Shown piece after piece: positions 1-9,580 of a DNA stretch of 64,000 nt. How positions within the stretch are numbered: the first letter of the stretch is position 1; every line of letters begins with the position of its first letter. Below the pieces are notes generated by a model. The model worked only from the letters and a program-made list of their open reading frames with translations. It was not told the DNA's origin and searched no databases. Source of the DNA: an uncultured delta proteobacterium (lineage in GTDB: Bacteria > Desulfobacterota > Binatia > UBA9968). Where the stretch lies: NCBI GenBank assembly GCA_963727625.1, contig CAVSHR010000002.1, forward strand, positions 256,001 to 320,000. The letters run 5' to 3'. The position numbers and the translations under genes are program-made.

Positions 1-921
1 ACGGGCGGCCGTCAAAACGTGACCGCAGAAACGATTTTGTCGCGGCTCAACGCTGAGATTTGCCGGGATAATGACTCCTGCATGTTCGTAACCGTCTTCT
101 GTGCGCTTCTCAATGTCGGAACCGGTCAGGTGGAATATAGCAACGCAGGCCACAATTTGCCTTACGTTCTGTCCGATGGAGCTGTGACGGCGCTCACCAA
201 TACCGGCGGCATGGCCTTAGGTGTAAGCGAGTCAGCCAGCTTTCATGCCGGCTGCATCGTCCTCAAACCGGGAGACCGCCTGGTTTTGTATACCGACGGA
301 GTCACGGAGGCTATGGACAGGAATGATGAACTGTTTTCCGAAGACCGTCTGGAACAAACGTTGCATGGCGTGCAGGGCCAACACAGCAAGAAAATCATCG
401 AAAAAGTCACGCAAGACGTGCAGCGTTTTGCCGACGGTGCGCCCCAATCCGACGATATTACACTGTTGGTGCTCGGTTATATCGGGCCCGACCAGGCAGA
501 TGAACGCTATTTGACGATCTCTCTAAAAAATGATCTTGCCGAGCTCCCATCGTTGAGTGAGGCAGCGACCGAGTTCTCCGAGCGCCAGGGTCTTCCTATC
601 GAACTAGTGAATCGCGTAAATCTGGTATTGGAGGAAATCGTAACGAACGTGATTTCCTACGGATACGACGACAGTTTGGAGCACGAAATTGCCGTCCGTC
701 TTTCGTGGAACAAACCTTGGATCGAGATCGAGATCGAAGATGACGGACGCCCCTTCAATCCGCTGGAGGCTCCCCCACCGGAGATGGAAAAACCCTTAGT
801 CGAAAGGCAGATCGGCGGATTAGGAATTCACCTGGTTCGGAACATGATGGATGATTTGGAATACCGGCGCGAAAACGGCAAGAATTGTTTGCGTCTCAAG
901 AGCAATATTGGGGAGACTTAA
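1..921 (+). CDS. SpoIIE/RsbU-type PP2C phosphatase fused to C-terminal RsbW-like HATPase (anti-sigma kinase) domain; 5'-truncated by window edge
   Basis: Motifs MFVT, NAGH, LYTDGVTEA and SDDITLL (PP2C_SIG), then LEEIVTNVISYG, DDGRPFNP and GGLGIHLV (HATPase_c_2). Frame is open from base 1. Confidence 0.92.
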   Translation, partial: TGGRQNVTAETILSRLNAEICRDNDSCMFVTVFCALLNVGTGQVEYSNAGHNLPYVLSDGAVTALTNTGGMALGVSESASFHAGCIVLKPGDRLVLYTDGVTEAMDRNDELFSEDRLEQTLHGVQGQHSKKIIEKVTQDVQRFADGAPQSDDITLLVLGYIGPDQADERYLTISLKNDLAELPSLSEAATEFSERQGLPIELVNRVNLVLEEIVTNVISYGYDDSLEHEIAVRLSWNKPWIEIEIEDDGRPFNPLEAPPPEMEKPLVERQIGGLGIHLVRNMMDDLEYRRENGKNCLRLKSNIGET

Positions 922-924
922 CCC

Positions 925-1263
925 ATGGAAATCACCGAAGAACGAAGAGCGGATGTTTTGATCATCCGCATTATTGGAAAATTGGACGCTTCCACAGCGA
1001 AGGCGCTGGAGGATAAGATTTTGCCCATCATTGCGTCCAACCAAGAGAAACTGGTCGTAGAGCTATCCCAGCTCGACTACATTAGTAGTGCCGGCCTGCG
1101 CGTGTTTCTCCTCGCCGCGAAACGTATGGAAGAGTCAAAGGGCAAAATGATCCTTTGCTCCCTAAAAGATAGCGTGAAGCAAGTTTTTGATATCGCTGGT
1201 TTCTCTTCTTTCCTAAGCCTTGCTGGCTCAACCGAAGAGGCGATCAAAAGCTGTTCGGGCTGA
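925..1263 (+). CDS. STAS-domain anti-anti-sigma factor (RsbV/SpoIIAA-like)
   Basis: GKLDAST and LDYISSAGLRVFL with the phosphorylatable Ser; starts 3 bp after the phosphatase/kinase gene. Confidence 0.93.
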   Translation: MEITEERRADVLIIRIIGKLDASTAKALEDKILPIIASNQEKLVVELSQLDYISSAGLRVFLLAAKRMEESKGKMILCSLKDSVKQVFDIAGFSSFLSLAGSTEEAIKSCSG

Positions 1264-1303
1264 GGCCGAGCTTCCCTCATGCCGTTACACAACGGAGCGG
1301 CTT

Positions 1304-1486
1304 ATGGTGAGAAATCTTGTCCGCCGAAATTTCAACAAACTCGTTTCAACCGCTCTTGGAGGCATGCTGCCTGCGCGTTTTAGCGGTACCTTTTCGAACC
1401 GCATGGCACATATTGCCCGTTGGAATGCGGTAATGCGCGAGAACGATGATATAATCAAGCGCTGGAACGAATTCATTTTAGGGTGA
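1304..1486 (+). pseudogene. Collapsed remnant of a Tat-exported ABC solute-binding protein (signal peptide joined directly to extreme C-terminus)
   Basis: GGAG RBS and ATG; VRRNFNK is twin-arginine-like; the tail GTFSNRMAHIARWNAVMRENDDIIKRWNEFI resembles the C-terminus of PotD-like SBPs; only 60 aa. Confidence 0.55.
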
Positions 1487-1562
1487 CACCTCCTCGACGC
1501 GCACTTCAGAGTCCTCGCACGAGGCCACGGCTACGCCGAACAGCTTTAACAAGCAGCGGGTT

Positions 1563-3434
1563 TCATCGCTTGGCTTGGCTTGATCCTTCGCCGTCCGCCC
1601 AGTTTTTTGATCTCCGGTTCCGTATTTCGTGTTGCCCCGAAATCGTCGGTAGACACAATTCCGCTAACTTCTTTTCCGGGACAAATCCGTTTTCGTCCCA
1701 GCCTCGCGCCCGGTAGTAGCTCAGAATCATGTCCCGGAGTTCGTCAGGACTCAATCCGACGCCCACGCCGACCCCGGTGGGGAGCACTTCGTTTAACAAG
1801 CGCTCGGGCAACCAATCGTCTTTGGGTTGCCAGCCCTCACGGACATTAAACAGTTTCTTCATCGTATGAATCCGCGCGCCGCTGCGCCTGATCTCAACGT
1901 CTGAACAGTCCCAGCCGGTGACCTTGCTCAATAGCTCAGCGGCCTCTCGATAAAAATCATTGAAACACTTGCGCAAGAATTTGCAGACGATCAATGAGTC
2001 GAGCACTGCGGCGAAATCTTCCGAATCACTCACCAACGCCCCTCGACTCGGATCTGCTTGGAAGCGGTCGACGGCTCCGGAGAAATCAGCTTCGTAGGCG
2101 CCGGAGCGATTGTGACAAGCCCCGCGCGGGCTCACCGCCAGTCCGAGCGCCATAGTCTTCAAGCTGCGCGGCTCATAGCCGGGAAGCTCCAATCCCTTGA
2201 CGTGCATAGCCCAATATAAAGCATCCCCGCCGATTTCCTGGGCGGCGCGTCGCGAACCATCGGCCAGCAACTCGCCGATGCCGTTTCGCTCCGCGGTCGC
2301 CGCAATTGCAGCAAGAAACCCATCGGCTTGACCAAATCGCAGCTTTTGAGATTGCGGCAGCTGGCCCTTTTCGCTGCACTCCATCGCCCAGGCTAGAGTT
2401 CCGCCAGCGCTGATTGTGTCCATTCCATAATGGTCGCAGAGCTGGGCGGCGCGCAACACCACATCGGGATTGTCAATGCCGCAGAGCGGTCCGAGAGCGA
2501 AAAGAGTTTCATATTCCAGGCGCTGTTCCTCGCCGTTCAAAGCTTTGAACAAGCGCTCGCACTGGATCGTGCAGGAGGCGCAACCATGCCGGCGGCTAAA
2601 ATTATTTTCCGTTAAAGTCTCGCCGCTCAGGGCTTCGGCGTGATCGAAGGTCGATTGCTGAAAGTTATGCGTCGGCAGCGTGCCGAGGCGATTGAAGACC
2701 GCCAGGTTGGCAATCGTGCCGATCTTTCGATACTTGTCGGTGAGCGAACCGAGACTCTTTTGACGCAGAGAATTCGCGATCGCTTCGACGCCCGCGGGAT
2801 CCGCCACCTGGGTCCCACGATCACCGCAAACAGCGACGCCTTTCAAATGCTTCGATCCCATCACCGCGCCGACACCGCCGCGGCCGGCATGGCGTCCCTC
2901 GTTGCTGATGGTCGCGAAGCGCACCAGGTTCTCGCCGGCTTTGCCGATGGCGGCAACGCGCAGCGCCGGCGCGCCGAGCTCGGCGCGGATCGCGGATTCA
3001 GTTTCGCCGGGACTTTTGCCGCGCAGATGGCCGGCCTCGCAGATCTCAACTTTTTGATTGTGCAGATGGATGTACGCCATCGACGCGGCACGACCGGTGA
3101 TGATGAGCGCATCGAGGCCGGCACGCTTAAGCTCCAGCGCAAAATGGCTGGAGGACAGCGAATCGGCGATGAAACCGGTGAGGGGAGACTTGGTGACCAC
3201 GGCAAACTTGGCGGTCGTGGTGAGACCGGTGCCGACCAGTGGCGCGCTGGTAAAAATCAATGGGTTGGCGGGTGCGAAGGGATCGACTCCTGCCGGCGCA
3301 TAGTCGTAGAGCAGACTTGCGCCCAAGCCGATGCCGCCGAGAAACGCCCGCAACCGCGTTTCCTCGAGATCGATCCAGGAGCTTTGTCCGGTGCTGAGAT
3401 CGATATGCAGCAGGCGGCCGTGAAATCCGTACAT
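1563..3434 (-). CDS. aor: Aldehyde:ferredoxin oxidoreductase (tungsten AOR/WOR family)
   Basis: KSPLTG, AGRGGVGAVMGSKHLK, CASCTIQC, EYET, GMDTIS, RGACH and DSLIVCKF motifs. Confidence 0.95.
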   Translation of the reverse strand: MYGFHGRLLHIDLSTGQSSWIDLEETRLRAFLGGIGLGASLLYDYAPAGVDPFAPANPLIFTSAPLVGTGLTTTAKFAVVTKSPLTGFIADSLSSSHFALELKRAGLDALIITGRAASMAYIHLHNQKVEICEAGHLRGKSPGETESAIRAELGAPALRVAAIGKAGENLVRFATISNEGRHAGRGGVGAVMGSKHLKGVAVCGDRGTQVADPAGVEAIANSLRQKSLGSLTDKYRKIGTIANLAVFNRLGTLPTHNFQQSTFDHAEALSGETLTENNFSRRHGCASCTIQCERLFKALNGEEQRLEYETLFALGPLCGIDNPDVVLRAAQLCDHYGMDTISAGGTLAWAMECSEKGQLPQSQKLRFGQADGFLAAIAATAERNGIGELLADGSRRAAQEIGGDALYWAMHVKGLELPGYEPRSLKTMALGLAVSPRGACHNRSGAYEADFSGAVDRFQADPSRGALVSDSEDFAAVLDSLIVCKFLRKCFNDFYREAAELLSKVTGWDCSDVEIRRSGARIHTMKKLFNVREGWQPKDDWLPERLLNEVLPTGVGVGVGLSPDELRDMILSYYRARGWDENGFVPEKKLAELCLPTISGQHEIRNRRSKNWADGEGSSQAKR

Positions 3435-3437
3435 CCC

Positions 3438-4334
3438 TCAGCCTCCCGCATCCGCCGACAGAATTAAGATCTTATCTCCTGAACTGACTTTGGCGCCGGG
3501 AGTGCGAACAAAGTCCATACCGTTAATGTTGCAGCTATAGCCGCTCACCAGACCTTCGGCGTTGATGATGCGGCCGGCCAGTACCGGCAATTTTTCAGCA
3601 AGGGCTGAAAATACCTGTGTCAGTGTCGCATCCTGCGGCAGCGATAGCGAAACTTCTTTGGTCTTCGCCAGCAAGCGGGGGACGCCGAAAAGCTCCACCG
3701 AGACAAATATGGCATGAGAGGACTGTCGCGTTTTCCAGAGCACTAAGGCTGCTTCGTAGTCCTCAGGGCTGTTCATGTTGACAAAGCTCAAGCCCTCGGG
3801 ATCAAACCGGCGGATTTCATCTTTGTCGATTTTTCGGGTGCGGACCTTGTCGTAGAGAAAGATCGGCCGTAGCTCGCCCCGCGCAAGTTGATCTCTGAGA
3901 AGCGGCGCGACGCTGGTCCGGTACACTGCGTGCAACGGTTGAAATCGATCTTGCAAAAACGGCACGACTACATCGTAGTCCGGGATCTTCGATAGGAGAT
4001 GCGCGATCAGCGCATGGTTGAGAAACGGCGCATCGCAAGATGTTACGAAACAGACCTCTCGGGTCGAAGCCTTCAGACCGTGGTAAATGCCGCTCACCGG
4101 ACCTTGATACGCGACCGCGTCGCGCACCAGCAGGGCCGGCAAGTCGGGCAGCTCCTGCTCGGGTGCGGCCACGACGACAGTTTCGGCAAACATCTCCTTG
4201 AGGCCCCGAACGACATGGACGACGAGCGGCTTGTCATCGAACGGCAGCAACGCTTTGGGTCGCCCCATGCGTGAACTCTTGCCTCCGGTTAAGACCACCG
4301 CAGTCGCATCAGCAATCGTCCGGTGAACTTTCAT
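3438..4334 (-). CDS. mobA: Molybdenum cofactor guanylyltransferase MobA fused to C-terminal MoaD/ThiS-like ubiquitin-fold sulfur carrier
   Basis: LTGGKSSRMGRPKALL, GPVSGI, CDAPF and NMNSPED, then an ~90-aa beta-grasp domain ending SADAGG. Confidence 0.9.
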   Translation of the reverse strand: MKVHRTIADATAVVLTGGKSSRMGRPKALLPFDDKPLVVHVVRGLKEMFAETVVVAAPEQELPDLPALLVRDAVAYQGPVSGIYHGLKASTREVCFVTSCDAPFLNHALIAHLLSKIPDYDVVVPFLQDRFQPLHAVYRTSVAPLLRDQLARGELRPIFLYDKVRTRKIDKDEIRRFDPEGLSFVNMNSPEDYEAALVLWKTRQSSHAIFVSVELFGVPRLLAKTKEVSLSLPQDATLTQVFSALAEKLPVLAGRIINAEGLVSGYSCNINGMDFVRTPGAKVSSGDKILILSADAGG

Positions 4335-4430
4335 GATTTCGAGTACGGCACCTCTGCCGAGATCCTAGGGTCGCACGAACTGCATAGTCAAGGCGCTGGG
4401 AGCCTGGCGCGGCGGAGCCACAACCGCATT

Positions 4431-4535
4431 TCGGAGTTTCTCCCGCAAAGTTGCAAAGGCCGCAAAGAAACAGAAAAAACAATTTTCCGAACTTTGCGCT
4501 CTTGGCGCCTTGGCGCGAGAAATATCCCAATCCGA
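4431..4535. repeat. Intergenic imperfect inverted repeat built from tandem (C)GCAAAG / CTT(T/G)GCG units (MITE/REP-like)
   Basis: tttctcccgcaaagttgcaaaggccgcaaag ... ctttgcgctcttggcgccttggcgcgagaaa, flanked by tcgga/tccga. Confidence 0.6.
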
Positions 4536-4592
4536 GATGTTCCTTCTGGATTTAACCGACAGAGACGCGGTAGGAATCGGATGCGCACAAAA

Positions 4593-6755
4593 TTAATACC
4601 GGCCCCTTTCCACTTTTCCCTCGGGTCGCGCGAGTTGGTCTTTCGTGACCGGTACGACGCGCACGGCGCAGGCTTTGTACTCGGGGATTTTTGCGAGCGG
4701 GTCCAGGGCGTCGATAGTGAGCAAGTTGGCGGCGGCCTCATGAAAGTGCATCGGAATGAAAACCACGCCCACGGTGGTCCGCTGGGTGACCCAGGCGCGC
4801 AGGACGACGGTGCCGCGGCGCGACGAGACGCGCACGGCCTGCCCGTCTTCGATTTTCAAGCGGGCGCCATCCGCGGGATTGATTTCGATGCGTGCCTCCG
4901 GATAGAGCTCGTCGAGCTTCGAATGGCGCGTCAGCGTGCCGCCATGCCAGTGCTCGAGCAGCCGTCCGGTGGTCAAGATGAACGGGTATTCTTCGTCGGG
5001 CATCTCCACCGACGGCACGTATTCGAGCGGGTGAAACTTGCCCCTGCCGCTGGGAAAGCTCTCGGCGAAGAGATAGGGAGTGCCGGGATGACTGTCGTCC
5101 CACACCGGCGTCTGCAAACCCTCGTCTTCGATGCGCCGGTACTTTACGCCAGCATATTCCGGCACCACGCGGCCCATCTCTTCGAGCACTTCGGCGGGAC
5201 TCGGGTATGACCAGACTGAGGTCTGCGGACGGCCGAGTCGCTTTTCGATGCGCCCGGCGAGATCGCAGATGATCTCCCAATCGGCGCGCGCCTGGCCGCG
5301 CGGCTTCAACGCCTTGCGCACGCGCTGGACGCGGCGATCGGTGTTGGTGAAAGTGCCTTCCTTTTCCGCCCAGGAAGTTGCGGGCAAGAAAACGTCGGCA
5401 TAGGCGCCGGATTCGTTGATGAATAAGTCCTGCGCCGCCAAGAACTCTAACTGTTCGATCCTATGGCGCGTGTGGTTCAAATTGGGCTCGGACATCATCG
5501 GATTCTCGCCCATGATGTGCAACGCGCGCACTCCGCCCGGCCTGACTTCGCTCATGATTTCCGTCGTCGTCAGCCCTAACTTCCGGTTGAGCCCGCCCGG
5601 CTCGATGTTCCAGGCCTGCTCGAATTTACGCGCTGCCGCGTCGTCATCGACGCGTTGATAGCCGGGATAGTGCCACGGCATGGCGCCGGAATCCGAGGCG
5701 CCCTGGACATTATTCTGTCCGCGCAGCGGATTAAGACCAGTGCCTCTGCGGCCGATGTGGCCGGTGAGCAACGCAAGATGAATGAGCGACATCGCGTTGT
5801 CAGTGCCGTGGGAGTGCTCGGGAATACCCAGCGCCCAATAAATCGCCGCGTTCTTCGCCGTCGCATACATGCGCGCCGCCTGGACGATGAGATTGCGGTC
5901 AACGCCGGAAATCGCCTCGGCATATTCCGGCGAGAATTTTTCCATGGACTTGGAAAACTCTTCGAAGCCTTCGGTGCGCCGGTCGATGAAGTCCTGATTG
6001 TAGAGCCGTTCCTTGATGATGACATGGGCCATGGCGGAATAGAGCGGAACGTCGGTGCCCGGCTTCTCGGGCAGCCAGAGCGCCGCCCAGTTGACCATCT
6101 CCACCCGCCGCGGGTCGACGACAATGAGCTTCGCGCCGTGTTTTTCCACGGCGGCTTTCATCTGCAGGGCGATGATCGGATGGGTCTCCGCCGTGTTGGA
6201 GCCGGTCACGATAAAAACATCGCTGTGAATCACTTCGGCGGCGGTATTGCTCATCGCCGAGGAGCCGAGCGCCATCTGCAGGGCGACGACGGAGCCGGCG
6301 TGACACAGGCGTGTGCAGTGATCGACGTTGTTGCTGCGAAACAGGGCGCGGAAAAGTTTTTGCAGGAGATAGTTGTCCTCATTGGTCGCCTTGGCGCAGC
6401 AATAAACCGCCATGGCCTCCGCGCCGTCGCGCCGGTAAATCTCGACGAGCCGATCCGCGGTGTAATCGAGGGCCTCGTCCCACGAGACCTCGCGCCACTG
6501 GTCGCGGTCGAAGGCTTGGGTGCGCGCGCCGGGCGCCTGCGGTCTTTTGCGAATCAGCGGTGTCGTCACCCGGTCCTTGTTGTAAATAAAGTCGTAGCCG
6601 AAGCGACCTTTGACGCAGAGGTTGCCGTGGTTGACCGTCGCATCGAAAGGCGAAGTCACTTTGTAAATATAGTCGTCCTTGATGTGCAGCTCGAGATTGC
6701 AGCCCACGCCGCAGTACGGACAGGTGGTCGGGACAACGCGATCAGCGGTGATCAT
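4593..6755 (-). CDS. fdhF: Formate dehydrogenase alpha (Mo/W-bis-MGD) subunit, Cys-ligand form
   Basis: CPYCGVGC...[46 protein letters not shown] and KIPEYK. Confidence 0.95.
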   Translation of the reverse strand: MITADRVVPTTCPYCGVGCNLELHIKDDYIYKVTSPFDATVNHGNLCVKGRFGYDFIYNKDRVTTPLIRKRPQAPGARTQAFDRDQWREVSWDEALDYTADRLVEIYRRDGAEAMAVYCCAKATNEDNYLLQKLFRALFRSNNVDHCTRLCHAGSVVALQMALGSSAMSNTAAEVIHSDVFIVTGSNTAETHPIIALQMKAAVEKHGAKLIVVDPRRVEMVNWAALWLPEKPGTDVPLYSAMAHVIIKERLYNQDFIDRRTEGFEEFSKSMEKFSPEYAEAISGVDRNLIVQAARMYATAKNAAIYWALGIPEHSHGTDNAMSLIHLALLTGHIGRRGTGLNPLRGQNNVQGASDSGAMPWHYPGYQRVDDDAAARKFEQAWNIEPGGLNRKLGLTTTEIMSEVRPGGVRALHIMGENPMMSEPNLNHTRHRIEQLEFLAAQDLFINESGAYADVFLPATSWAEKEGTFTNTDRRVQRVRKALKPRGQARADWEIICDLAGRIEKRLGRPQTSVWSYPSPAEVLEEMGRVVPEYAGVKYRRIEDEGLQTPVWDDSHPGTPYLFAESFPSGRGKFHPLEYVPSVEMPDEEYPFILTTGRLLEHWHGGTLTRHSKLDELYPEARIEINPADGARLKIEDGQAVRVSSRRGTVVLRAWVTQRTTVGVVFIPMHFHEAAANLLTIDALDPLAKIPEYKACAVRVVPVTKDQLARPEGKVERGRY

Positions 6756-7456
6756 GGCGTTTTCCTCCGGCGTTTTTTTCCGCCGCCGCGAGTTGCTTGC
6801 AGGATTTCATCCAAAGAAACTCCCTGCTCGAGCAGCGACTCGCGCTTGGGCTTGAGCGCTCCGGTGGGGCAGACGCCGACGCACTGGCCGCAAAATACGC
6901 AGCTGGTTTCCGGCATGGGCTTGTCGAAAAATGTGCCGATGCCGGTGTCGAAACCGCGGCCTTTAAAATTAATCGCATAGGTAAACTGGGCGTCGTCGGC
7001 GCACACCTGAACGCAACGCCAGCAGAGTATACACTTGGAGTAATCGCGGACGTACATCGGGTTATCGTCGAGCACCGGATACTCGCGCCGCTCCGCTTGC
7101 GGAAAGCGCGCCGGGTTGGCGCGATACTCGCCGATGAATTTTTGAATCTCCGGCGCCTGGGAAAGATCTACGGCCGAGGCGAGCAGCTCCAGAATGGTCC
7201 GGCGGCTGCGCTCGGCGCGCGCGCTCGAAGTCGTAACCTTCATGCCTTCGCTCACCCGGCTCAGGCAAGCCGGCAGCAGCGGCTTTACGCCGTCGACTTC
7301 GACCACGCAGATGCGGCAGAGGCCATTGGCGGTGCAGTGATCGTGGTAGCAAATCGTTGGGACTTGTTTGCCAAGCCGTTCGGCTGCTTTGAGGATCATT
7401 GTCCCGGCAGGAACGGTGACGGTGTTGCCATCGATAGTGAGTGTGACGTCAGTCAT
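6752..7456 (-). CDS. Stand-alone NuoG/HydA-N-terminal-like Fe-S subunit (2Fe-2S plus 2x4Fe-4S) of the FDH complex
   Basis: [25 protein letters not shown] and [12 protein letters not shown]; its stop overlaps the FDH start (ATGA). Confidence 0.9.
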   Translation of the reverse strand: MTDVTLTIDGNTVTVPAGTMILKAAERLGKQVPTICYHDHCTANGLCRICVVEVDGVKPLLPACLSRVSEGMKVTTSSARAERSRRTILELLASAVDLSQAPEIQKFIGEYRANPARFPQAERREYPVLDDNPMYVRDYSKCILCWRCVQVCADDAQFTYAINFKGRGFDTGIGTFFDKPMPETSCVFCGQCVGVCPTGALKPKRESLLEQGVSLDEILQATRGGGKKRRRKTP

Positions 7457-7471
7457 GCGTGCGATTAGGCA

Positions 7472-7499
7472 GTAGGGGCGAAAAATTTTTCGCCCCTAC
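7472..7499. repeat. GTAG-type REP-like perfect palindrome
   Basis: GTAGGGGCGAAAAATTTTTCGCCCCTAC, a 28-bp perfect inverted repeat in an intra-operon gap. Confidence 0.7.
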
Positions 7500-7521
7500 A
7501 AAAATTCCTCCGTTGTGAATC

Positions 7522-9246
7522 TTATTTTGTTGCTTCAAACATCTCCGGCCAGAGTTTCATCGCGCTAAGCACCGCCGTGGGTGCCGTTTGGCCCAGGCCG
7601 CACAGGGATGCATCGATCATCGTGGCACCGACGTCCGACAAGCGTTCGCGATCGCCGGCAACGGAATGACCGGCCGCGGCCCGGTCGAGAATTTCAAACT
7701 GGCGCCGCGCGCCGAGCTGGCAGGGGTAGCATTTGCCGCAGCTCTCGTCGGCAAAGAAGTGCGCCAGCCGCTTCAGCATATCGCGCATATCAGCGCTATC
7801 GTCGAAGACCATGACCGCGCCGGAGCCGAGGGGCAAGCCCGCGGCGGTCAGGTTCTCGAACGACAGGATCACATCCAGGTCTTTCTCGATGGCAAATGCG
7901 CCCGCGGCGCCGCCCATCAGCACCGCTTGAAGCTTGCGCCCCGGCTTAAGCCCGCCGCCGAGATCGAAAAGCAAATGGCACAAGGTGACGCCGAATGGCA
8001 CTTCGTAAAGCCCGGGCCGTTGGATGTGGCCCGACAAACAAAAGAGCTTCGGGCCGGGCGAGCGCTCGGTTCCGACCTTGCGATAGTCGGCGGCGCCCCG
8101 TTCGATGATGAGCGGGACATTGCAGAAGGTCTCTACGTTGTTGATCACGGTGGGCTTGCCGAACAAACCGTGAGTCGTGGGGAAGGGCGGCTTGATGCGC
8201 GGCAGGCCGCGCTTGCCTTCGATGGATTCCAACAGCGCGGTTTCTTCGCCGCAAATGTAGGCGCCGGCGCCCAGGCGCATCTCGATATCGAAGTCCAATC
8301 CGGAGCCAAAAAGCTTCTCGCCGAGGGCGCCGGCCTGGCGAGCTTCTTTCACGGCCTCGCCCATGACATTGAACGCATAGGGATACTCGCCCCGCACATA
8401 GATGTAGCCCCGGCGAGCGCCCACGGCATGAGCTGCGATAATCATTCCTTCGATGGTGCGGTGCGGGTCATCCTCCATGAGAATGCGGTCTTTGAAGGTT
8501 CCGGGCTCGGATTCGTCGGCGTTGCACACGATATATTTGGGCTCTCCGGCTGCCTGTGCGGCTCCCTCCCACTTGATTCCGGTGGGAAACGCCGCGCCGC
8601 CGCGGCCTACCAATCCCGCGGTTTTCACCTCCGCAAGCACGTCTTGCGGCGTCATCGCCAGAGCTTTTTTCGCTCCGGCGTAGCCGCCGCTGCTGCTGTA
8701 ATCGGCGAATGAGGTCGGTCGGCCTTGGCCGCAGTTGGCTGTAAGGATGCGGATGTCGCCGCCGACGAAGCTGATCGGCCGCTCTGCACTGCCCGCGCAG
8801 ATCGCGGCTGCTTGTGCGGGATCAGCGCGTCCCAAAGCGGCTTCGCCCACTAGCACTGCCGGCGCGTGATCGCACAGACCCAAACAGGGAGCATGTTCGA
8901 CGGTGAACCGACCGTCCGAGGTGACGTCGCCCGGCGCAACTTTCAAATGGCGGCAGAGTGCGTCAGCCAAGGCTTCAGCGCTCGCGAGGGCACAAGAGGG
9001 CGCGGTGCACACCCGCGCCACGCTTCGGCCCATTGGCTCGCGCGATAGCATTTCATAGAAGTCGATGACGCCATGCACGTCGGCGAGCGGCACGCCCAAG
9101 GCGCGGCCGACTTCTGCCGCGATTTCCTCGCTAATCCAGCCGTGGAGTCGCTGCGCCGCGTGTAAGGCGGGCAGAAGCGCGGCGCGACCTTGCGGCGCTA
9201 ACTCGGTAAGAAAGGAACCTAAAGTATTGAGTTCGGTGTCAGTCAT
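7522..9246 (-). CDS. NuoE-NuoF fusion (NAD(H) diaphorase subunit: 2Fe-2S, FMN, 4Fe-4S)
   Basis: CTAPSC...CLGLCD (NuoE); GRGGAAFPTGIKW, NADESEPGTFKDR, GAGAYICGEET and ESCGKCYPC...SLCGLG (NuoF). Confidence 0.93.
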   Translation of the reverse strand: MTDTELNTLGSFLTELAPQGRAALLPALHAAQRLHGWISEEIAAEVGRALGVPLADVHGVIDFYEMLSREPMGRSVARVCTAPSCALASAEALADALCRHLKVAPGDVTSDGRFTVEHAPCLGLCDHAPAVLVGEAALGRADPAQAAAICAGSAERPISFVGGDIRILTANCGQGRPTSFADYSSSGGYAGAKKALAMTPQDVLAEVKTAGLVGRGGAAFPTGIKWEGAAQAAGEPKYIVCNADESEPGTFKDRILMEDDPHRTIEGMIIAAHAVGARRGYIYVRGEYPYAFNVMGEAVKEARQAGALGEKLFGSGLDFDIEMRLGAGAYICGEETALLESIEGKRGLPRIKPPFPTTHGLFGKPTVINNVETFCNVPLIIERGAADYRKVGTERSPGPKLFCLSGHIQRPGLYEVPFGVTLCHLLFDLGGGLKPGRKLQAVLMGGAAGAFAIEKDLDVILSFENLTAAGLPLGSGAVMVFDDSADMRDMLKRLAHFFADESCGKCYPCQLGARRQFEILDRAAAGHSVAGDRERLSDVGATMIDASLCGLGQTAPTAVLSAMKLWPEMFEATK

Positions 9247-9514
9247 CGAATCTTCCAGGGACAAGATTCAGTTCACGTGCTGTCGCAATTGATCGCTGGC
9301 AAGTTGATGTCCGATGAAAATAATCGTGCCCGACTTGGGCGCAGTGTGCAAGCCTTTCTCTTGAATGAAAAAAGGTAACCGCCGGCGGGTCGCTTCGGAT
9401 TCACCGGATGGAGAAGAAACGGCTTAGCTGAAGCGCCTGGGGCGCGATCCCAACCCTGCGACACTTTCCGGATCCGGATATTCCGTGCACTGGGACGCAA
9501 AGGTCGCCAACGAT

Positions 9515-9541
9515 AAAAAATCCGAGCGGCCCATTGCTCGG
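9515..9541 (-). terminator. Probable intrinsic terminator downstream of the CADD-like gene
   Basis: Minus strand CCGAGC-aatgggcc-GCTCGG-a-TTTTTT. Confidence 0.5.
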
Positions 9542-9580
9542 CTTTCGGTGCGGGAGAGTCCGAATTGCGGCGTCGCCGAG

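Noticed and set aside
3432-3443. The MobA-MoaD TGA stop is in frame with the AOR start (GGC TGA GGG ATG), suggesting Sec read-through into a fusion
   Set aside because: A MoaD-like domain needs a free C-terminal GG, a GGAGG RBS for AOR overlaps the stop, and no convincing SECIS hairpin follows.
6303-6305. FDH as a selenoprotein
   Set aside because: The metal-ligand codon is TGT (RLCH), not TGA.
4323-6980. Long antisense ORFs (4323-5210 and 5655-6980; likewise 7588-8712, 25211-26413 and 29781-30863)
   Set aside because: Shadow ORFs opposite well-supported genes in high-GC DNA, with no recognisable motifs.
9300-9360. Sigma-54 promoter or Moco/W riboswitch upstream of the FDH operon
   Set aside because: GGGCACGATTATTTTC lacks the -12 TGC, and I could not recognise a riboswitch consensus by eye.
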